Virus record (IMG/VR): IMGVR_UViG_3300042451_000817
Location: 5,911-69,910 of that record
Direction: 5' to 3' (one strand)
DNA length: 64,000 bases
Origin: a virus
Shown here: positions 49,545-60,232 of the stretch, piece after piece
Numbering within the stretch: position 1 is the first letter of the stretch
Layout of the letters: each line of letters begins with the position of its first letter
Made by a program: the position numbers and the translations under genes
Notes under the pieces: generated by a model
The model's input: only the letters and a program-made list of their open reading frames with translations
Told to the model about the DNA's origin: nothing
The model's database searches: none

Positions 49545-51383
49545 TCAGGAGAAATTAACGGATTTTAGATTTTTAACTCTAATGTTAATATCTCTACTTG
49601 GAAATCTCACTTGATATATTTGTGTTGGTTCCGCGAAAATCGTATCGTCTATTAACTCTATTTGTTTTGTTGCCGGGTTAGAATATCTTTGAGATGTTTG
49701 AGATGATGAGTATTGTCCTCCTACATTATTAAAAACTGAAATGTCTGATAAAGATATTACCCCGTTTTCACTTTGTATTTGTCTTCTTAATTCTGATATA
49801 TTAACGTTTTTACCTAATTGCATATTGTCGGGTGAAAAATAATTAGTAACAAGATTGACAACACTTGATATTACGTTTCCTTGGTTTTGAGTGTTATCTA
49901 ACACAATATCAATACCTAATGATAAATCAATAACTTTTGCGGTTTCAACTGAGATATAATCATTCATCATTCTATAATTAGATAAATAATTAGCAATATT
50001 ACTTTTTAAAGTGTTTGAAACAATGTCTGTTAATACCCCATTTTCATCAAATGAAAGAATTTTTATTTTAATTTTATTATCTTCTTCAACAATAGCCACT
50101 TTAGCCGGAGCTCCGAATTGGGATGGCATTGTTCTTAAAATAGAATCGTAATCATTAACCGTAACTGCTCTATTTTGAGACGCGAAATTAAAACTAACTA
50201 AATTTCTAATTTCTTCAAGTGTCGGTAAACCCGCACCCCCAATAGCTGCCGTCACATTATTACACCTTAAAGAATTGACAACATTAGCATTTACGCTTGT
50301 TGATGGTCCGTTTACAAAAAATGATACGGTTCCAATTTGAGTTATAACATTAACCCCTAAATTACTTGTAGTTCCTCCACCAATTCTATATTGAATGAAT
50401 AGTGTTGAGTTAGGTTTTAGGGTACTGCCTAAGGCGAAATTATTTGAATATTTATATAAATCTAATTTATATCCGTTTCTCGCGAACTCTCTTAATTGTT
50501 CGTCAGCAGATTGTGAACCGCCGCCAAAAGTTAGTTTACAAAAACCTTCAGGTGTATATTCGGTAATGAATTTATTATTCGCCGTTACGTATTTTCCAAC
50601 TTTAATACCCGGATTGTCAGATGTTTTTGTAGGATCTTCAATAAAAACTCTATCTTCAGCAAGAGCTTTAACTTCGTACCACCTGTTCTCGGTATTTAAA
50701 AATTCTTGCGAATTAGGAACGTTCGCGTATTGTGTCCCATCCTTCAATATTACACTTGTTACACCTAAAACATTTTTTTCGGGTAAAAAAAGTTCGTAAA
50801 ATGGTTTAACTTCTTGTGGGGTAATAACTTTCTTAAATACTTTAGTAATCCCATTAACAACGGTTTCTCTTTTAGTTATCGTATAATTAACCAATCTATT
50901 AAAACTATCAAAATTTGGTATTTTTACTCTATTTGGATATCCTTCAGCGTTTGTTGGTGAAGTAAAGTCAATATCGTATACGGTTTCAAAAACTTGTCCT
51001 GCCCCAATAACTTGAGATCCTCTTCGTAAAAGACCACAATACCTTAAATCCTCAGCATCACCATTTGCCGGAACCGTTATCGAAAAATCAACTAACGCGA
51101 CTGATGGTCTTTGTCCGGGTATCTTTAATCCGTAAGTTCTTGCGATATTATATACTGAAGATTTTTGTTGTGCGTATTGTAGTACCGTTTCTTGTATACT
51201 CCTGTCAATATTAAATTGTAGATTATCTGTTACCGCAGCATTTAAATCAATTAAAACTGAAAATATCGAGGCGTCATTGAAATTTTCTACTACTTCAGGA
51301 TAATAAATTTTTGTAAAATTTATTAATTCTGTTCTTATGGAATCAAAATCTCTTGTAGTGTAGGATATTTTTTTATTTGCCAT
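49545..51383 (-). CDS. Baseplate wedge protein (T4 gp6-like)
   Basis: 'RDFDSIRTELINF', 'NIARTYG', 'YRIGGG..SN', 'QNRAVTVNDY'. Confidence 0.88.
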   Translation of the reverse strand: MANKKISYTTRDFDSIRTELINFTKIYYPEVVENFNDASIFSVLIDLNAAVTDNLQFNIDRSIQETVLQYAQQKSSVYNIARTYGLKIPGQRPSVALVDFSITVPANGDAEDLRYCGLLRRGSQVIGAGQVFETVYDIDFTSPTNAEGYPNRVKIPNFDSFNRLVNYTITKRETVVNGITKVFKKVITPQEVKPFYELFLPEKNVLGVTSVILKDGTQYANVPNSQEFLNTENRWYEVKALAEDRVFIEDPTKTSDNPGIKVGKYVTANNKFITEYTPEGFCKLTFGGGSQSADEQLREFARNGYKLDLYKYSNNFALGSTLKPNSTLFIQYRIGGGTTSNLGVNVITQIGTVSFFVNGPSTSVNANVVNSLRCNNVTAAIGGAGLPTLEEIRNLVSFNFASQNRAVTVNDYDSILRTMPSQFGAPAKVAIVEEDNKIKIKILSFDENGVLTDIVSNTLKSNIANYLSNYRMMNDYISVETAKVIDLSLGIDIVLDNTQNQGNVISSVVNLVTNYFSPDNMQLGKNVNISELRRQIQSENGVISLSDISVFNNVGGQYSSSQTSQRYSNPATKQIELIDDTIFAEPTQIYQVRFPSRDINIRVKNLKSVNFS

Positions 51384-51388
51384 ATTAG

Positions 51389-51832
51389 TTAAATATTGAT
51401 AATTACAAAATCGCTAGCGTTAAATACACTATCAGTAATGATGTAATCTATTTTTATTTTTGCGGTATGTTCTTTAATACCTATATTTGGAACGGTATAT
51501 ACTCTTTCTCCATTGTCAACATAAGTCCCTTTATTTTCCTCATCCTCTGAAGCATCTTTTATTTCAATACTCGTTATTGTCATATTTGGTATATACTCTG
51601 AAACACTATCTCTAATTTCAGACTCTAATTGTGAAAATGTTGGTCCGTCTAATGGTTCAAAAATATATTCATATAATCTTGTTCCGAAATCAGGTAAATA
51701 ATACCTTGTACCCTTTCTAGTTAGTAATAAATGAACAAGATTTGACCTTATTTCCTCGTCTTGCGAATCCGATAAATCAAAATATGTTCCAACAAAAGAA
51801 TCTCTAAATGGGAAGTTTATTCCGTAACTCAT
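51389..51832 (-). CDS. Baseplate wedge protein (T4 gp25-like)
   Basis: 'IRSNLVHLLLTRKGTRYYLPDFGTRLYEYIFEP'; likely start MSYGINFPF at 51832. Confidence 0.9.
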   Translation of the reverse strand: MSYGINFPFRDSFVGTYFDLSDSQDEEIRSNLVHLLLTRKGTRYYLPDFGTRLYEYIFEPLDGPTFSQLESEIRDSVSEYIPNMTITSIEIKDASEDEENKGTYVDNGERVYTVPNIGIKEHTAKIKIDYIITDSVFNASDFVIINI

Positions 51833-51863
51833 AACTATTATTTTATTATAAATATAATATAAT

Positions 51864-51906
51864 ACAAAAAATCCCGACATTATGTCGGGATTATTGTCGG
51901 GATTAT
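51864..51906 (-). terminator. Terminator after nrdA with duplicated arm
   Basis: AATCCCGACAT-T-ATGTCGGGATT hairpin plus U-tract; second TGTCGGGATTAT copy. Confidence 0.75.
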
Positions 51907-54332
51907 GATGAACATCCAAAACATTCAAATTCAGAATCTTTTGGTTTTTCAGGTAGATTCATTTTTGAGAAATCTACTTTAGGTTTTTCTATCGTTTTAG
52001 GTTTTTCAACTTTAGATATATCAACCGCTAAGTGTTTTGCTCCCGTTGAAATTGCCTTTGTTCTAACATAATAACAAAGTGTTTTTAATCCTTTCTCCCA
52101 AGCGTGGAAGTGGGATGATGTTATTTTAGATATTGACGGATTCCCCATATAAATGTTCATTGATTGTGATTGGTCAATGAATGGGGCTCTGTCAGCCGCC
52201 ATATCAATAAGTTCTCTTTGTGATATCTCCCAAATTGTTTTGTATTTAGGAATTAAATGCTCAATTCTCTTAACTTTCTTATGGTAATTTTTTTCTTCAG
52301 TATCCAAATACTTGTTAAAGTTAATATTTTGAATTGACCCTTCATTTAATATAATTTCATTTTTTAAATCTTCACACCAAATTCCAAGTTTTTCAAAATC
52401 ATTAATTAGATATTTGTTAACAATCATAATTTCACCACCAACAACTCTACGATTAAAAATCGCCGAATGAGCCGGTTCTGTCATCTCATACGAACCTGTT
52501 ATTTTAGCAGAACTCGCCACAGGCATTTGAGCCGTAAATAATGAGTTACAAACTCCATACTTTTTAACATTTTCTTTTAAATCCTCCCAAGGCCATCTTC
52601 CCGATAAATCTTGTTCTTTTAATCCCCACATATCAAACTGAAATACTCCTTTTGACATAGGTGAACCTCCAAAGAATTCATAAGGTTTATAGTTACCATC
52701 AATACAAAGTTTATTACTTTCTGAGATTGATGCGAAATAAATTGTTTCAAATATTTCTTTATTTAATTTACGAGCCTCATCGGAAGTAAACTTATAATCC
52801 ATAATATAGAATACGTCAGCCAAACCTTGTGTACCAATCGCAATAGCTCTTTGTTCAAGTCCACCTTTTCTACCTTTTTCTGTTGAGTAATTGTTAATAT
52901 CGACAACTTTGTTTAAAGCTCTAACCACTTTTCTTGTTTCGTTATAAAGTAAGTTAAAATCAAATTTACCGTCAATAATAAAGTTCTTTAATACCATAGA
53001 TGATAAAGTACAAATAGCGGTTGTTCTTTCATCAGTATATTGATAAATCTCATTACATAGGTTTGATTGTTTAATTACACCTATATTTTGATGATTCGTC
53101 TTATTGTTTGCATTATCTTTAGAACATAAATAAGGAACACCTGTTTCTACTTGAGATTCTACTACTTTAGACCAAACATCTTGAGCTTTAACTTTCTTAC
53201 CCAACCCCATAGAAACCGCCTTGTCGTAATTTTCTTCATATTCTTGACCATAACATTCTTGTAGTGGTTTTATTCCCGCTCTTTTAATGTCGTTAGGACA
53301 AAACAAATACCAGTCAGAATTATTTTTAACCGCCCTCATAAAATTATCAGGAATCCAAAGTGCGGTAAATAAATCTCTCGCTCTTAATTCTTCGGCTCCC
53401 GTATTCTTTTTAATGTCTAACAAATCGAAAATATCTTTATGCCAAGGTTCTAAATAAATCGCGGCACTTCCAGGTCTTCTACCTTGTTGATTAAAGAATC
53501 TTAGTGATTCATTAACTATTTTAAGATATTTTAAAAGACCTCCCGCAAAACCTCCTGATGATGATATTCTACTTTCTTTACTTCTTATATTAGACATAGA
53601 TAAACCAATACCTGCCGCGTCTGATGAGTATGTTGATATATCATTTAAGGTGTGTAATAATCCTTCTCTTGAATCTGAATTGTTATAATGTAATACACAA
53701 GAAGCTAATTGCGGAACTTTTGTTCCTGAATTAATCATTATTGGTGTTGCTGGTGAAATTAACTGATTAGATAATGAATTATAATAATCAACCGCCTCTT
53801 CAAATGTTTTAGTCACCCAAACCGCAACTCTCATATACATATGTTGAGGTCTTTCAACAACTTTACCATTTGGTAATTTTAAAAGATACATTTCTTGTAA
53901 TGATCTCCAAGCAAAATAATCAAAATTATAATCGTTTTCGTGATTAATTACCTCATCAATCTTTTCTTTACCATAAAGAACCATAGTATCAATAAATTCA
54001 TCATTAAGAATTCCACTACGATGTAATTCCATCATAGTATCGTAAAAACTTGGATTAGTTTCTTTATGATAAGACGAAATCGCTACTGACGATGCTAGTC
54101 TTGAATAGTCGTGATGACTTCCAGTGTAAGCGGCGGCGATTTCATACACCAACTTGTCAAGTTCTTTTGTGGTGATACTACCTTCAACCGGTACTGATGT
54201 TATTACTTTAATAAAAATCTCATCAGAATTAACACTAAGACCTTTTGAGGATCGTTTAATTCTATTATAAATCTTTTGTGGATTGAATGAAACTTCGTCC
54301 CCTGCTCTTTTTTTAATCTTCAATGACATCAT
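51903..54332 (-). CDS. nrdA: Ribonucleotide reductase class Ia alpha subunit
   Basis: ATP cone, 'LASC', 'QSNLCNEI', 'MPVASS', 'GLKTLCYY', C-terminal CFGC. Confidence 0.97.
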   Translation of the reverse strand: MMSLKIKKRAGDEVSFNPQKIYNRIKRSSKGLSVNSDEIFIKVITSVPVEGSITTKELDKLVYEIAAAYTGSHHDYSRLASSVAISSYHKETNPSFYDTMMELHRSGILNDEFIDTMVLYGKEKIDEVINHENDYNFDYFAWRSLQEMYLLKLPNGKVVERPQHMYMRVAVWVTKTFEEAVDYYNSLSNQLISPATPIMINSGTKVPQLASCVLHYNNSDSREGLLHTLNDISTYSSDAAGIGLSMSNIRSKESRISSSGGFAGGLLKYLKIVNESLRFFNQQGRRPGSAAIYLEPWHKDIFDLLDIKKNTGAEELRARDLFTALWIPDNFMRAVKNNSDWYLFCPNDIKRAGIKPLQECYGQEYEENYDKAVSMGLGKKVKAQDVWSKVVESQVETGVPYLCSKDNANNKTNHQNIGVIKQSNLCNEIYQYTDERTTAICTLSSMVLKNFIIDGKFDFNLLYNETRKVVRALNKVVDINNYSTEKGRKGGLEQRAIAIGTQGLADVFYIMDYKFTSDEARKLNKEIFETIYFASISESNKLCIDGNYKPYEFFGGSPMSKGVFQFDMWGLKEQDLSGRWPWEDLKENVKKYGVCNSLFTAQMPVASSAKITGSYEMTEPAHSAIFNRRVVGGEIMIVNKYLINDFEKLGIWCEDLKNEIILNEGSIQNINFNKYLDTEEKNYHKKVKRIEHLIPKYKTIWEISQRELIDMAADRAPFIDQSQSMNIYMGNPSISKITSSHFHAWEKGLKTLCYYVRTKAISTGAKHLAVDISKVEKPKTIEKPKVDFSKMNLPEKPKDSEFECFGCSS

Positions 54333-54334
54333 AA

Positions 54335-55282
54335 TTAGAAATCCTCCGTAAAATTAATTGTTTCGTTTAACTTAGCTTTTTGATATTCAACGGTTCTTGA
54401 TTCAAAGAAATTACCCTTTGTTTCAACCGCAATTTGTTCCATAAATTTAAATGGTTGTTCAACATTAAATTGTTTTTGACATCCCATTTTAATTAAAAGT
54501 CCGTCAACAACAAATTCAAGATATTGTTTCATTAAATTAGAATTCATACCTATTAATGAGACAGGTAAAGATTCTGTAATAAATTCTTTTTCAATCTCAA
54601 GTGCGGACAATAAAATTTCTTTTATTCTCTTTTCACTTGGTTTGTTTTCTACGTGATTATTTAATAAATGAATAGCGAAGTCACAATGTAAGTTTTCATC
54701 CTTAAAAATTAAAGAATTTGCGTTACATAATCCTTGCATAACACCTCTTGATTTTAACCAAAATATAGAACAGAAAGATCCCGAAAAGAAAATACCTTCA
54801 ACCGCTGCGAATGCCACTAATCTTTCTTGGAAAGACGCATTATTAATCCATTCTAAAGCCCATTTAGCTTTCTTTTGAACCGCAGGTAATCTATCAATAG
54901 CGTTAAAACATTCATCTTTTTCTTTAGGGTTTGATACATAGGTATCAATTAATAAAGAATACATTAATGAATGGATGTTTTCCATCATTAACTGAAATCC
55001 GTAAAAGAATTTTGCTTCAGGATATTGAACTTCTCTGTAGAAATTTTCTGCCAAGTTTTCATTAACAATACCATCTGACGCGGCGAAGAATGAAAGAACA
55101 TTTTTAATGAAAAATTGTTCATTCTCAGTTAATTTTTCCCAATCTCTAATGTCCCCTGTTAAATCAATCTCTTCAGCCGTCCAAAATGCCGCTTGATGTT
55201 GTTTGTAATACTCCCATATATCGTGATATTCGATGGGGAATATAACAAATCGATTAGGATTCTCTTTTAAAATTTTTTCCAT
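54335..55282 (-). CDS. nrdB: Ribonucleotide reductase class Ia beta subunit
   Basis: '[13 protein letters not shown]', 'ENIHSLMYS', '[10 protein letters not shown]', 'DENLH'. Confidence 0.97.
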   Translation of the reverse strand: MEKILKENPNRFVIFPIEYHDIWEYYKQHQAAFWTAEEIDLTGDIRDWEKLTENEQFFIKNVLSFFAASDGIVNENLAENFYREVQYPEAKFFYGFQLMMENIHSLMYSLLIDTYVSNPKEKDECFNAIDRLPAVQKKAKWALEWINNASFQERLVAFAAVEGIFFSGSFCSIFWLKSRGVMQGLCNANSLIFKDENLHCDFAIHLLNNHVENKPSEKRIKEILLSALEIEKEFITESLPVSLIGMNSNLMKQYLEFVVDGLLIKMGCQKQFNVEQPFKFMEQIAVETKGNFFESRTVEYQKAKLNETINFTEDF

Positions 55283-55289
55283 ACTTTAA

Positions 55290-57737
55290 TTAATTATTTT
55301 GTTGTCTTTGTTTTCTTTTTTCTAGTAAGTCTAGAACTCTTTTTCTATTTTGTTCTTCTTTCTGTTCCTCTAACCCTAAGAATGTTACGGAACTTTCTGT
55401 ATCAATTTCTAACATTCCGTTATCAAATTTACAATTTTCAAAAACAACACCATCATCACCAATACGTGACTTAGTAATTGCAATTGTCGCCAATTTCATT
55501 TCTTTTTGTTGTAATGTTTTTGCTACGGATATGATAACGTGACCAACTTGAGCCTTCTTAATTGACCCTCCCATTTGGTCGGTTGTAACTACCTCAGATG
55601 AAATTGAACTTCTATTACCTTGTGTTGCTGTCCACCCTACAATAGATAATTCGTGACACATAGCCTCAAACGCTCTCATAACTGAACCTTCAGATTTCCA
55701 TTCATCACCTAAATTCTTATCGGGTACCACACAATCAATATAATCTAATAAAACCATATCAATTTTAATACCATCAGCAATCATTTTTCTAATCTGATTT
55801 TTTATTTGTAACATTGTTAATGTATCCGAAGGTAATTTTTCAAGAATAAGTCTGTTAGTCATAGTTTCTTTTATATGATTAACTTTTGATATTATCTCTT
55901 CTTTCCTATCCGACATCTCGTCAGGGTGTATTTTCGTCCAAAGTGTAAAATGTTTTCTTTGGATAATCTTCGGATTATCTTCAAAAAATATTTGAAGTAC
56001 GTTGTATCCCAAATTGAAAGCATGATTTGAAATTTTAGTCATTATGGTTGTGTTATGGGTCAACACATAGTCTCTCGTAACGAATAATTCATCAGGATTT
56101 GATACTTTAATACAGGTGGCCGCCTCATCGTGAGAATATGTAATTGATTTAACATATTTTTGTTCGACATACTTCGTTCTTTTATAGTATCTGTCAACTT
56201 TTCTAAGTAGTTTAAAAGGTACTACGTTATTAGCAAAAGACATTGTTATTGTATACGCCAATTGACCTTCTTTTAATTCTCCATTATGTCTGTATTTAGG
56301 TATTTTTGTATTAACTCTAGCGGTACCACCCAATGACAATACCAATTCTTTAACGTCCTCACATAATTGTTTAGAGATTGTTGTGTATTGAGATGTACCT
56401 TTTTTGTTAATATATCCGTCAGTATCCATTAATCCTTGTAAAATAGCAATTCTTACGTTTAAAGAATTATAAAGATAGTCTTTAGGTATAAATTTATCAT
56501 TTGATTTTTTATTTAAAAGATTATAACTTTCTATTCTTTTTTTAATGTCGGTTTTTAAATGAATAGTTTTTATTGTTTTGGTGTTATTATCTTTTTGATA
56601 TTCTCTAAAAGAAGAGTGTTCGTTTAAATGTTTAACATTTTCAAATAATTCGTCATCTTTTGTTGTTATCTTAATACCACTATCACAAATACTACCATCA
56701 CCTAACATTAAACCTAATAAATAGGGGTCAATTAAAACTTCTCTATTTTCAAAATCAACAGGGGAAACTACCGGTAATCTATAATTATATCTTCCTCTTT
56801 TTTTGATGTCTTTCATCATATCTGAGGTTTTAACCACCTTATAACCAAATTTAGGTTTATAAATACCCTTCCCACCTTTTCCTCTTGTTTTTGCGGTTCT
56901 CATATTAAGAGTATTAACACTCCAAAGATGTTCTTCATCACAATTTACAAAAGTTTCATCGGTAAATTCTACTTTATATATTGGTCTTATCCCTTGCGGA
57001 TATACACCAATTACGTATTGTTCTTTACCATCACTACCAATAACTTTATCACCAAGTTTAATATCCCCCATTTTTACCCATCCTGTAGGGGTTAAAACGG
57101 GTTCTGAGTTACTCAAACTTTTCCCAACGCCGGTCGGAGCGAGTATTACCCCAATTTCTCCCTTAGCCAAACCACCTTTTAATAGTCTGTCAATTCCAGG
57201 TATACCCATTGGTATTGGATGTCTATAATCTTCATTAAGTACCTCGTCCAAATTAAAAAACACATCTTGAGTCCCTTCGCTTTTAGCTCCTACTTGTAAA
57301 GCCTCTCTAACCAAGGTTTCAAGTTGTTCGTAATTTTCAAACTCACCTCCATCAATAACTTTTTGAGCTTTAGTAATAGCCTTTTGAAGTTCTTGTTGTT
57401 TACAGAACTTCATAGCCTTATCTTGAACAAATAGACTTCCTTCAATTGGTGAATCTTTAATTTTAATAATGGTGTCTAATACTATTTTTGACGCCAATTC
57501 TTGTTGTAACTCAGATTTAGTTATTTGTTCAAGTGTCTCAAAATTAGGAGTGTGTTCATATTTTGAATAATATTCTTTAATCATTTGGAAAATGATTTTG
57601 AAATATTTGTTTTCAAAATACTGAGTTTCCATCACGTCAATAATTGACCTTGAAAACTCTTTGTCCAGTATAATTTGATTCAATAATTGTAGCTGAAATG
57701 TACTACCCAAATAATCGAAGTTTTTGTTTGTCGCCAT
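55290..57737 (-). CDS. Replicative DnaB/T4 gp41-like helicase containing an intein
   Basis: Walker A 'APTGVGK|TT' split by the intein, 'LDYID', 'WTATQGNR', 'KSRIG'. Confidence 0.93.
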   Translation of the reverse strand: MATNKNFDYLGSTFQLQLLNQIILDKEFSRSIIDVMETQYFENKYFKIIFQMIKEYYSKYEHTPNFETLEQITKSELQQELASKIVLDTIIKIKDSPIEGSLFVQDKAMKFCKQQELQKAITKAQKVIDGGEFENYEQLETLVREALQVGAKSEGTQDVFFNLDEVLNEDYRHPIPMGIPGIDRLLKGGLAKGEIGVILAPTGVGKSLSNSEPVLTPTGWVKMGDIKLGDKVIGSDGKEQYVIGVYPQGIRPIYKVEFTDETFVNCDEEHLWSVNTLNMRTAKTRGKGGKGIYKPKFGYKVVKTSDMMKDIKKRGRYNYRLPVVSPVDFENREVLIDPYLLGLMLGDGSICDSGIKITTKDDELFENVKHLNEHSSFREYQKDNNTKTIKTIHLKTDIKKRIESYNLLNKKSNDKFIPKDYLYNSLNVRIAILQGLMDTDGYINKKGTSQYTTISKQLCEDVKELVLSLGGTARVNTKIPKYRHNGELKEGQLAYTITMSFANNVVPFKLLRKVDRYYKRTKYVEQKYVKSITYSHDEAATCIKVSNPDELFVTRDYVLTHNTTIMTKISNHAFNLGYNVLQIFFEDNPKIIQRKHFTLWTKIHPDEMSDRKEEIISKVNHIKETMTNRLILEKLPSDTLTMLQIKNQIRKMIADGIKIDMVLLDYIDCVVPDKNLGDEWKSEGSVMRAFEAMCHELSIVGWTATQGNRSSISSEVVTTDQMGGSIKKAQVGHVIISVAKTLQQKEMKLATIAITKSRIGDDGVVFENCKFDNGMLEIDTESSVTFLGLEEQKEEQNRKRVLDLLEKRKQRQQNN
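56052..57119 (-). mobile_element. 356-aa intein with LAGLIDADG endonuclease
   Basis: Starts SLSNSEPVLTPTGW, ends YVLTHN followed by Thr+1; 'LLGLMLGDG', 'ILQGLMDTDG'. Confidence 0.93.
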
Positions 57738-57769
57738 ATTTTTACCCTTTTCGTATTTGATAAATATTC

Positions 57770-58234
57770 TTAAATAGTATTAACTTCAAGGTAATTGTAA
57801 GTTAAATTTTCGGATGAAAAAATGTCAGTTAGACCCGAAAGAATACTTTTTATACGCGGGCGTATGTCTACGGTGTATCTTATTTTAGGAGGATAAAGTT
57901 TAGCATCCATCCTTCTATGACAAATTGTCTTATCACCTTCTCTTAAAAAGATGTTAAAACTTTCAGGACCATCTGTATAAGATGTGTTAAGGACTTCAGG
58001 GTTGTTCGCGATTTCATACTCGTTGTCCATCATATAAACAACCGTCTTCATTTTTAACTCATATTCGAGTTCACTTTTTAAATCTTTAATAAACTCATAC
58101 AATTCGGCAGAATTTTTAGCCTTTGAATTGTAGTCTCTAACATTAAAGTATCTTTGAACGATAATGTTGTCATTAACCATTAACACGAACTCTAATTTGG
58201 TTGCGTCTTGTTGTTCTTTCATATACATATTCAT
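57770..58234 (-). CDS. Hypothetical protein in the replication operon
   Basis: Likely start near 58234 (MNMYMKEQ), just after the exonuclease stop. Confidence 0.7.
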   Translation of the reverse strand: MNMYMKEQQDATKLEFVLMVNDNIIVQRYFNVRDYNSKAKNSAELYEFIKDLKSELEYELKMKTVVYMMDNEYEIANNPEVLNTSYTDGPESFNIFLREGDKTICHRRMDAKLYPPKIRYTVDIRPRIKSILSGLTDIFSSENLTYNYLEVNTI

Positions 58235-58236
58235 TT

Positions 58237-59244
58237 TTATTTTTTTGTTTGATAGTTTTTCTTTTCTTTTCTTGTTAATTTTAAAAATGGTTTTAAAAAG
58301 TTTACCCAAGCATCATCAGTTTTTGGTAAGAACTTAAAAAACCCATCTTCCATCATATATTTAATTAGGTTTCTATGCCCCCTACCTTCAGGATCCAACG
58401 TTTCTTTATAATAAAGTTCAACGATTTCTTTACCTTCTTCTGTGATAATTGGTTTTGATAAGTCGATAATTTGTTCGTTAATTTGAAAAAACTCATTACC
58501 ATAAATTCCCGTTTTTGTTCTACCTGTTAGTAAATTCTTTAAAACTTTGTTTTCTTTGTCTTCTTTAAGGAGGAGTTCCGCCTTAATTAAAATATCGGTA
58601 AAAGAAACTTCTTTTTCAAGTATCTCGGGAAATAATTTTACTAAAGTTTTTTCACCTAAATAATAGATACCATCAATATTGTCTGACTTATCACCCATTA
58701 ATATCTTACAAACTTTAACATTTTCATGCGGAACCTCAATTTCATACAATTTAATTTTGTCCCCAAATTTATACAATTTTTTTGAATTTGGGGAATAAAT
58801 TGAAACATTTTTAGAAATTAATTGTGATAAATCTCTATCACCTGAAAAAATGGTAATCTGTTCATTTTCAGATATTTGACAATAATATGATATTAAATCG
58901 TCTGATTCGTTTTTATCAACAACAATCTGACGAATAAACATTTCCTCTAAGTATTGTTTTACTCTTTCTTTTTGTTGACTAAATGATAATTCCTTTAACG
59001 GGTCATCACCACTTTTTCTGTTTTCTTTGTATTGGGGGTAAATTATTTTTCTTGATAACGAATTTTGTTCTCCATCCCAAAAAACCAATACTTTGTCAAA
59101 ATTATATTCTTCAATAAATTTACGTGTGGTGTTTAGAAAGTACCATATACCTCCTACGTGTTTTCCTTCGTGATAGAAATCTTTGACTCCGTGGAACCCT
59201 ATTTTCAGTAGGTTATTCCCATCAACAATAAGTGTTTTAATCAC
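58237..59244 (-). CDS. 5'-3' exonuclease / flap endonuclease (T4 RNase H-like)
   Basis: 'LIVDGNNL', 'WDG', 'YKENR', 'ESDD', 'SGDRDL', 'GDKSDNIDG...GEKT'. Confidence 0.93.
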   Translation of the reverse strand: MIKTLIVDGNNLLKIGFHGVKDFYHEGKHVGGIWYFLNTTRKFIEEYNFDKVLVFWDGEQNSLSRKIIYPQYKENRKSGDDPLKELSFSQQKERVKQYLEEMFIRQIVVDKNESDDLISYYCQISENEQITIFSGDRDLSQLISKNVSIYSPNSKKLYKFGDKIKLYEIEVPHENVKVCKILMGDKSDNIDGIYYLGEKTLVKLFPEILEKEVSFTDILIKAELLLKEDKENKVLKNLLTGRTKTGIYGNEFFQINEQIIDLSKPIITEEGKEIVELYYKETLDPEGRGHRNLIKYMMEDGFFKFLPKTDDAWVNFLKPFLKLTRKEKKNYQTKK

Positions 59245-59256
59245 TTTTTAATTTTT

Positions 59257-60231
59257 TTAATTTTCAAAATCGTTTGATTCTTCTAATGAAAAATCATTAC
59301 TACCCATTTTTGTCGCCCAATAATCTGCATATTGTTTTTTGTACTCATCAATAGCCTCTTTTGTGTCGGGTATATACCCATTATGAACCGCTATAATCTT
59401 ACCGTCCTTATATCCAAGACCATTTACGTGATTTTTTAATATTGATATTTTAGTTCTAATTGCGAATGATACTTTTCTACCGTTCTTAGTTGCGTCAATA
59501 TGATTAATTCCCGCCTTTTTTTGATTCCCAAATAAGAAAACCAATGCCGATGCTAACCATATTGCCTCACCCCCCTTACTCTTGATTTCAGGTTGTCCAA
59601 ATGGATTATCCGGTAGTTCCACCCACGGTTGGTTGACTACCACCATAGTCGCATAAAAAGGAAAATCCTCTTTTTTAGTCTTAGATATTCTTGCCGAAAT
59701 ACCCATACCAATTTTGTCTGCTAATGTCGCAGCATTATGTTGTTTACCTCCTTTGCCATCGTATGTCATCTTACAAGGAATACTACCTATACTATCCCAT
59801 AAAAATAAAATATCATATGGTATAACCTTTTTCTCTTGAGCGTCTAAGACTTCGTTTATAAAATCTGTTGCTTGTTCAATATAGTCGAACGAATCATTAA
59901 AGATGAATTGACCCTCCCATTCACCATTTTCGTTTTTTGACGCGTCTAACCCTAATTCAACCGCGTGTTCCCACGACCATTTACGTTCGGTTATAATGAA
60001 TACAGGTAAATGACCTTTTTTCTGAGCATCCACCGCCGCCAAAATCATTGCGGTTGTTTTAGAGGAATTTGAGTGTCCTAAATTCATATTGATCGCCCCC
60101 ATAACAGGTCCTGGTAGTCCACAAGCTCCCATAAAAGCGTCACCACAATTATAAAATTGTTCAGGTTTGTATTTTGTTTTTGTGGAGAATTTCTCCTTAA
60201 TTGATTTAAAATCTGTTTTTTTTATTGCCAT
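59257..60231 (-). CDS. RecA/UvsX-like recombinase
   Basis: 'GHSNSSKTT', 'ITE', 'LWDSIGS', 'VNQ', 'KGG', 'KNHV'. Confidence 0.85.
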   Translation of the reverse strand: MAIKKTDFKSIKEKFSTKTKYKPEQFYNCGDAFMGACGLPGPVMGAINMNLGHSNSSKTTAMILAAVDAQKKGHLPVFIITERKWSWEHAVELGLDASKNENGEWEGQFIFNDSFDYIEQATDFINEVLDAQEKKVIPYDILFLWDSIGSIPCKMTYDGKGGKQHNAATLADKIGMGISARISKTKKEDFPFYATMVVVNQPWVELPDNPFGQPEIKSKGGEAIWLASALVFLFGNQKKAGINHIDATKNGRKVSFAIRTKISILKNHVNGLGYKDGKIIAVHNGYIPDTKEAIDEYKKQYADYWATKMGSNDFSLEESNDFEN

Positions 60232-60232
60232 A

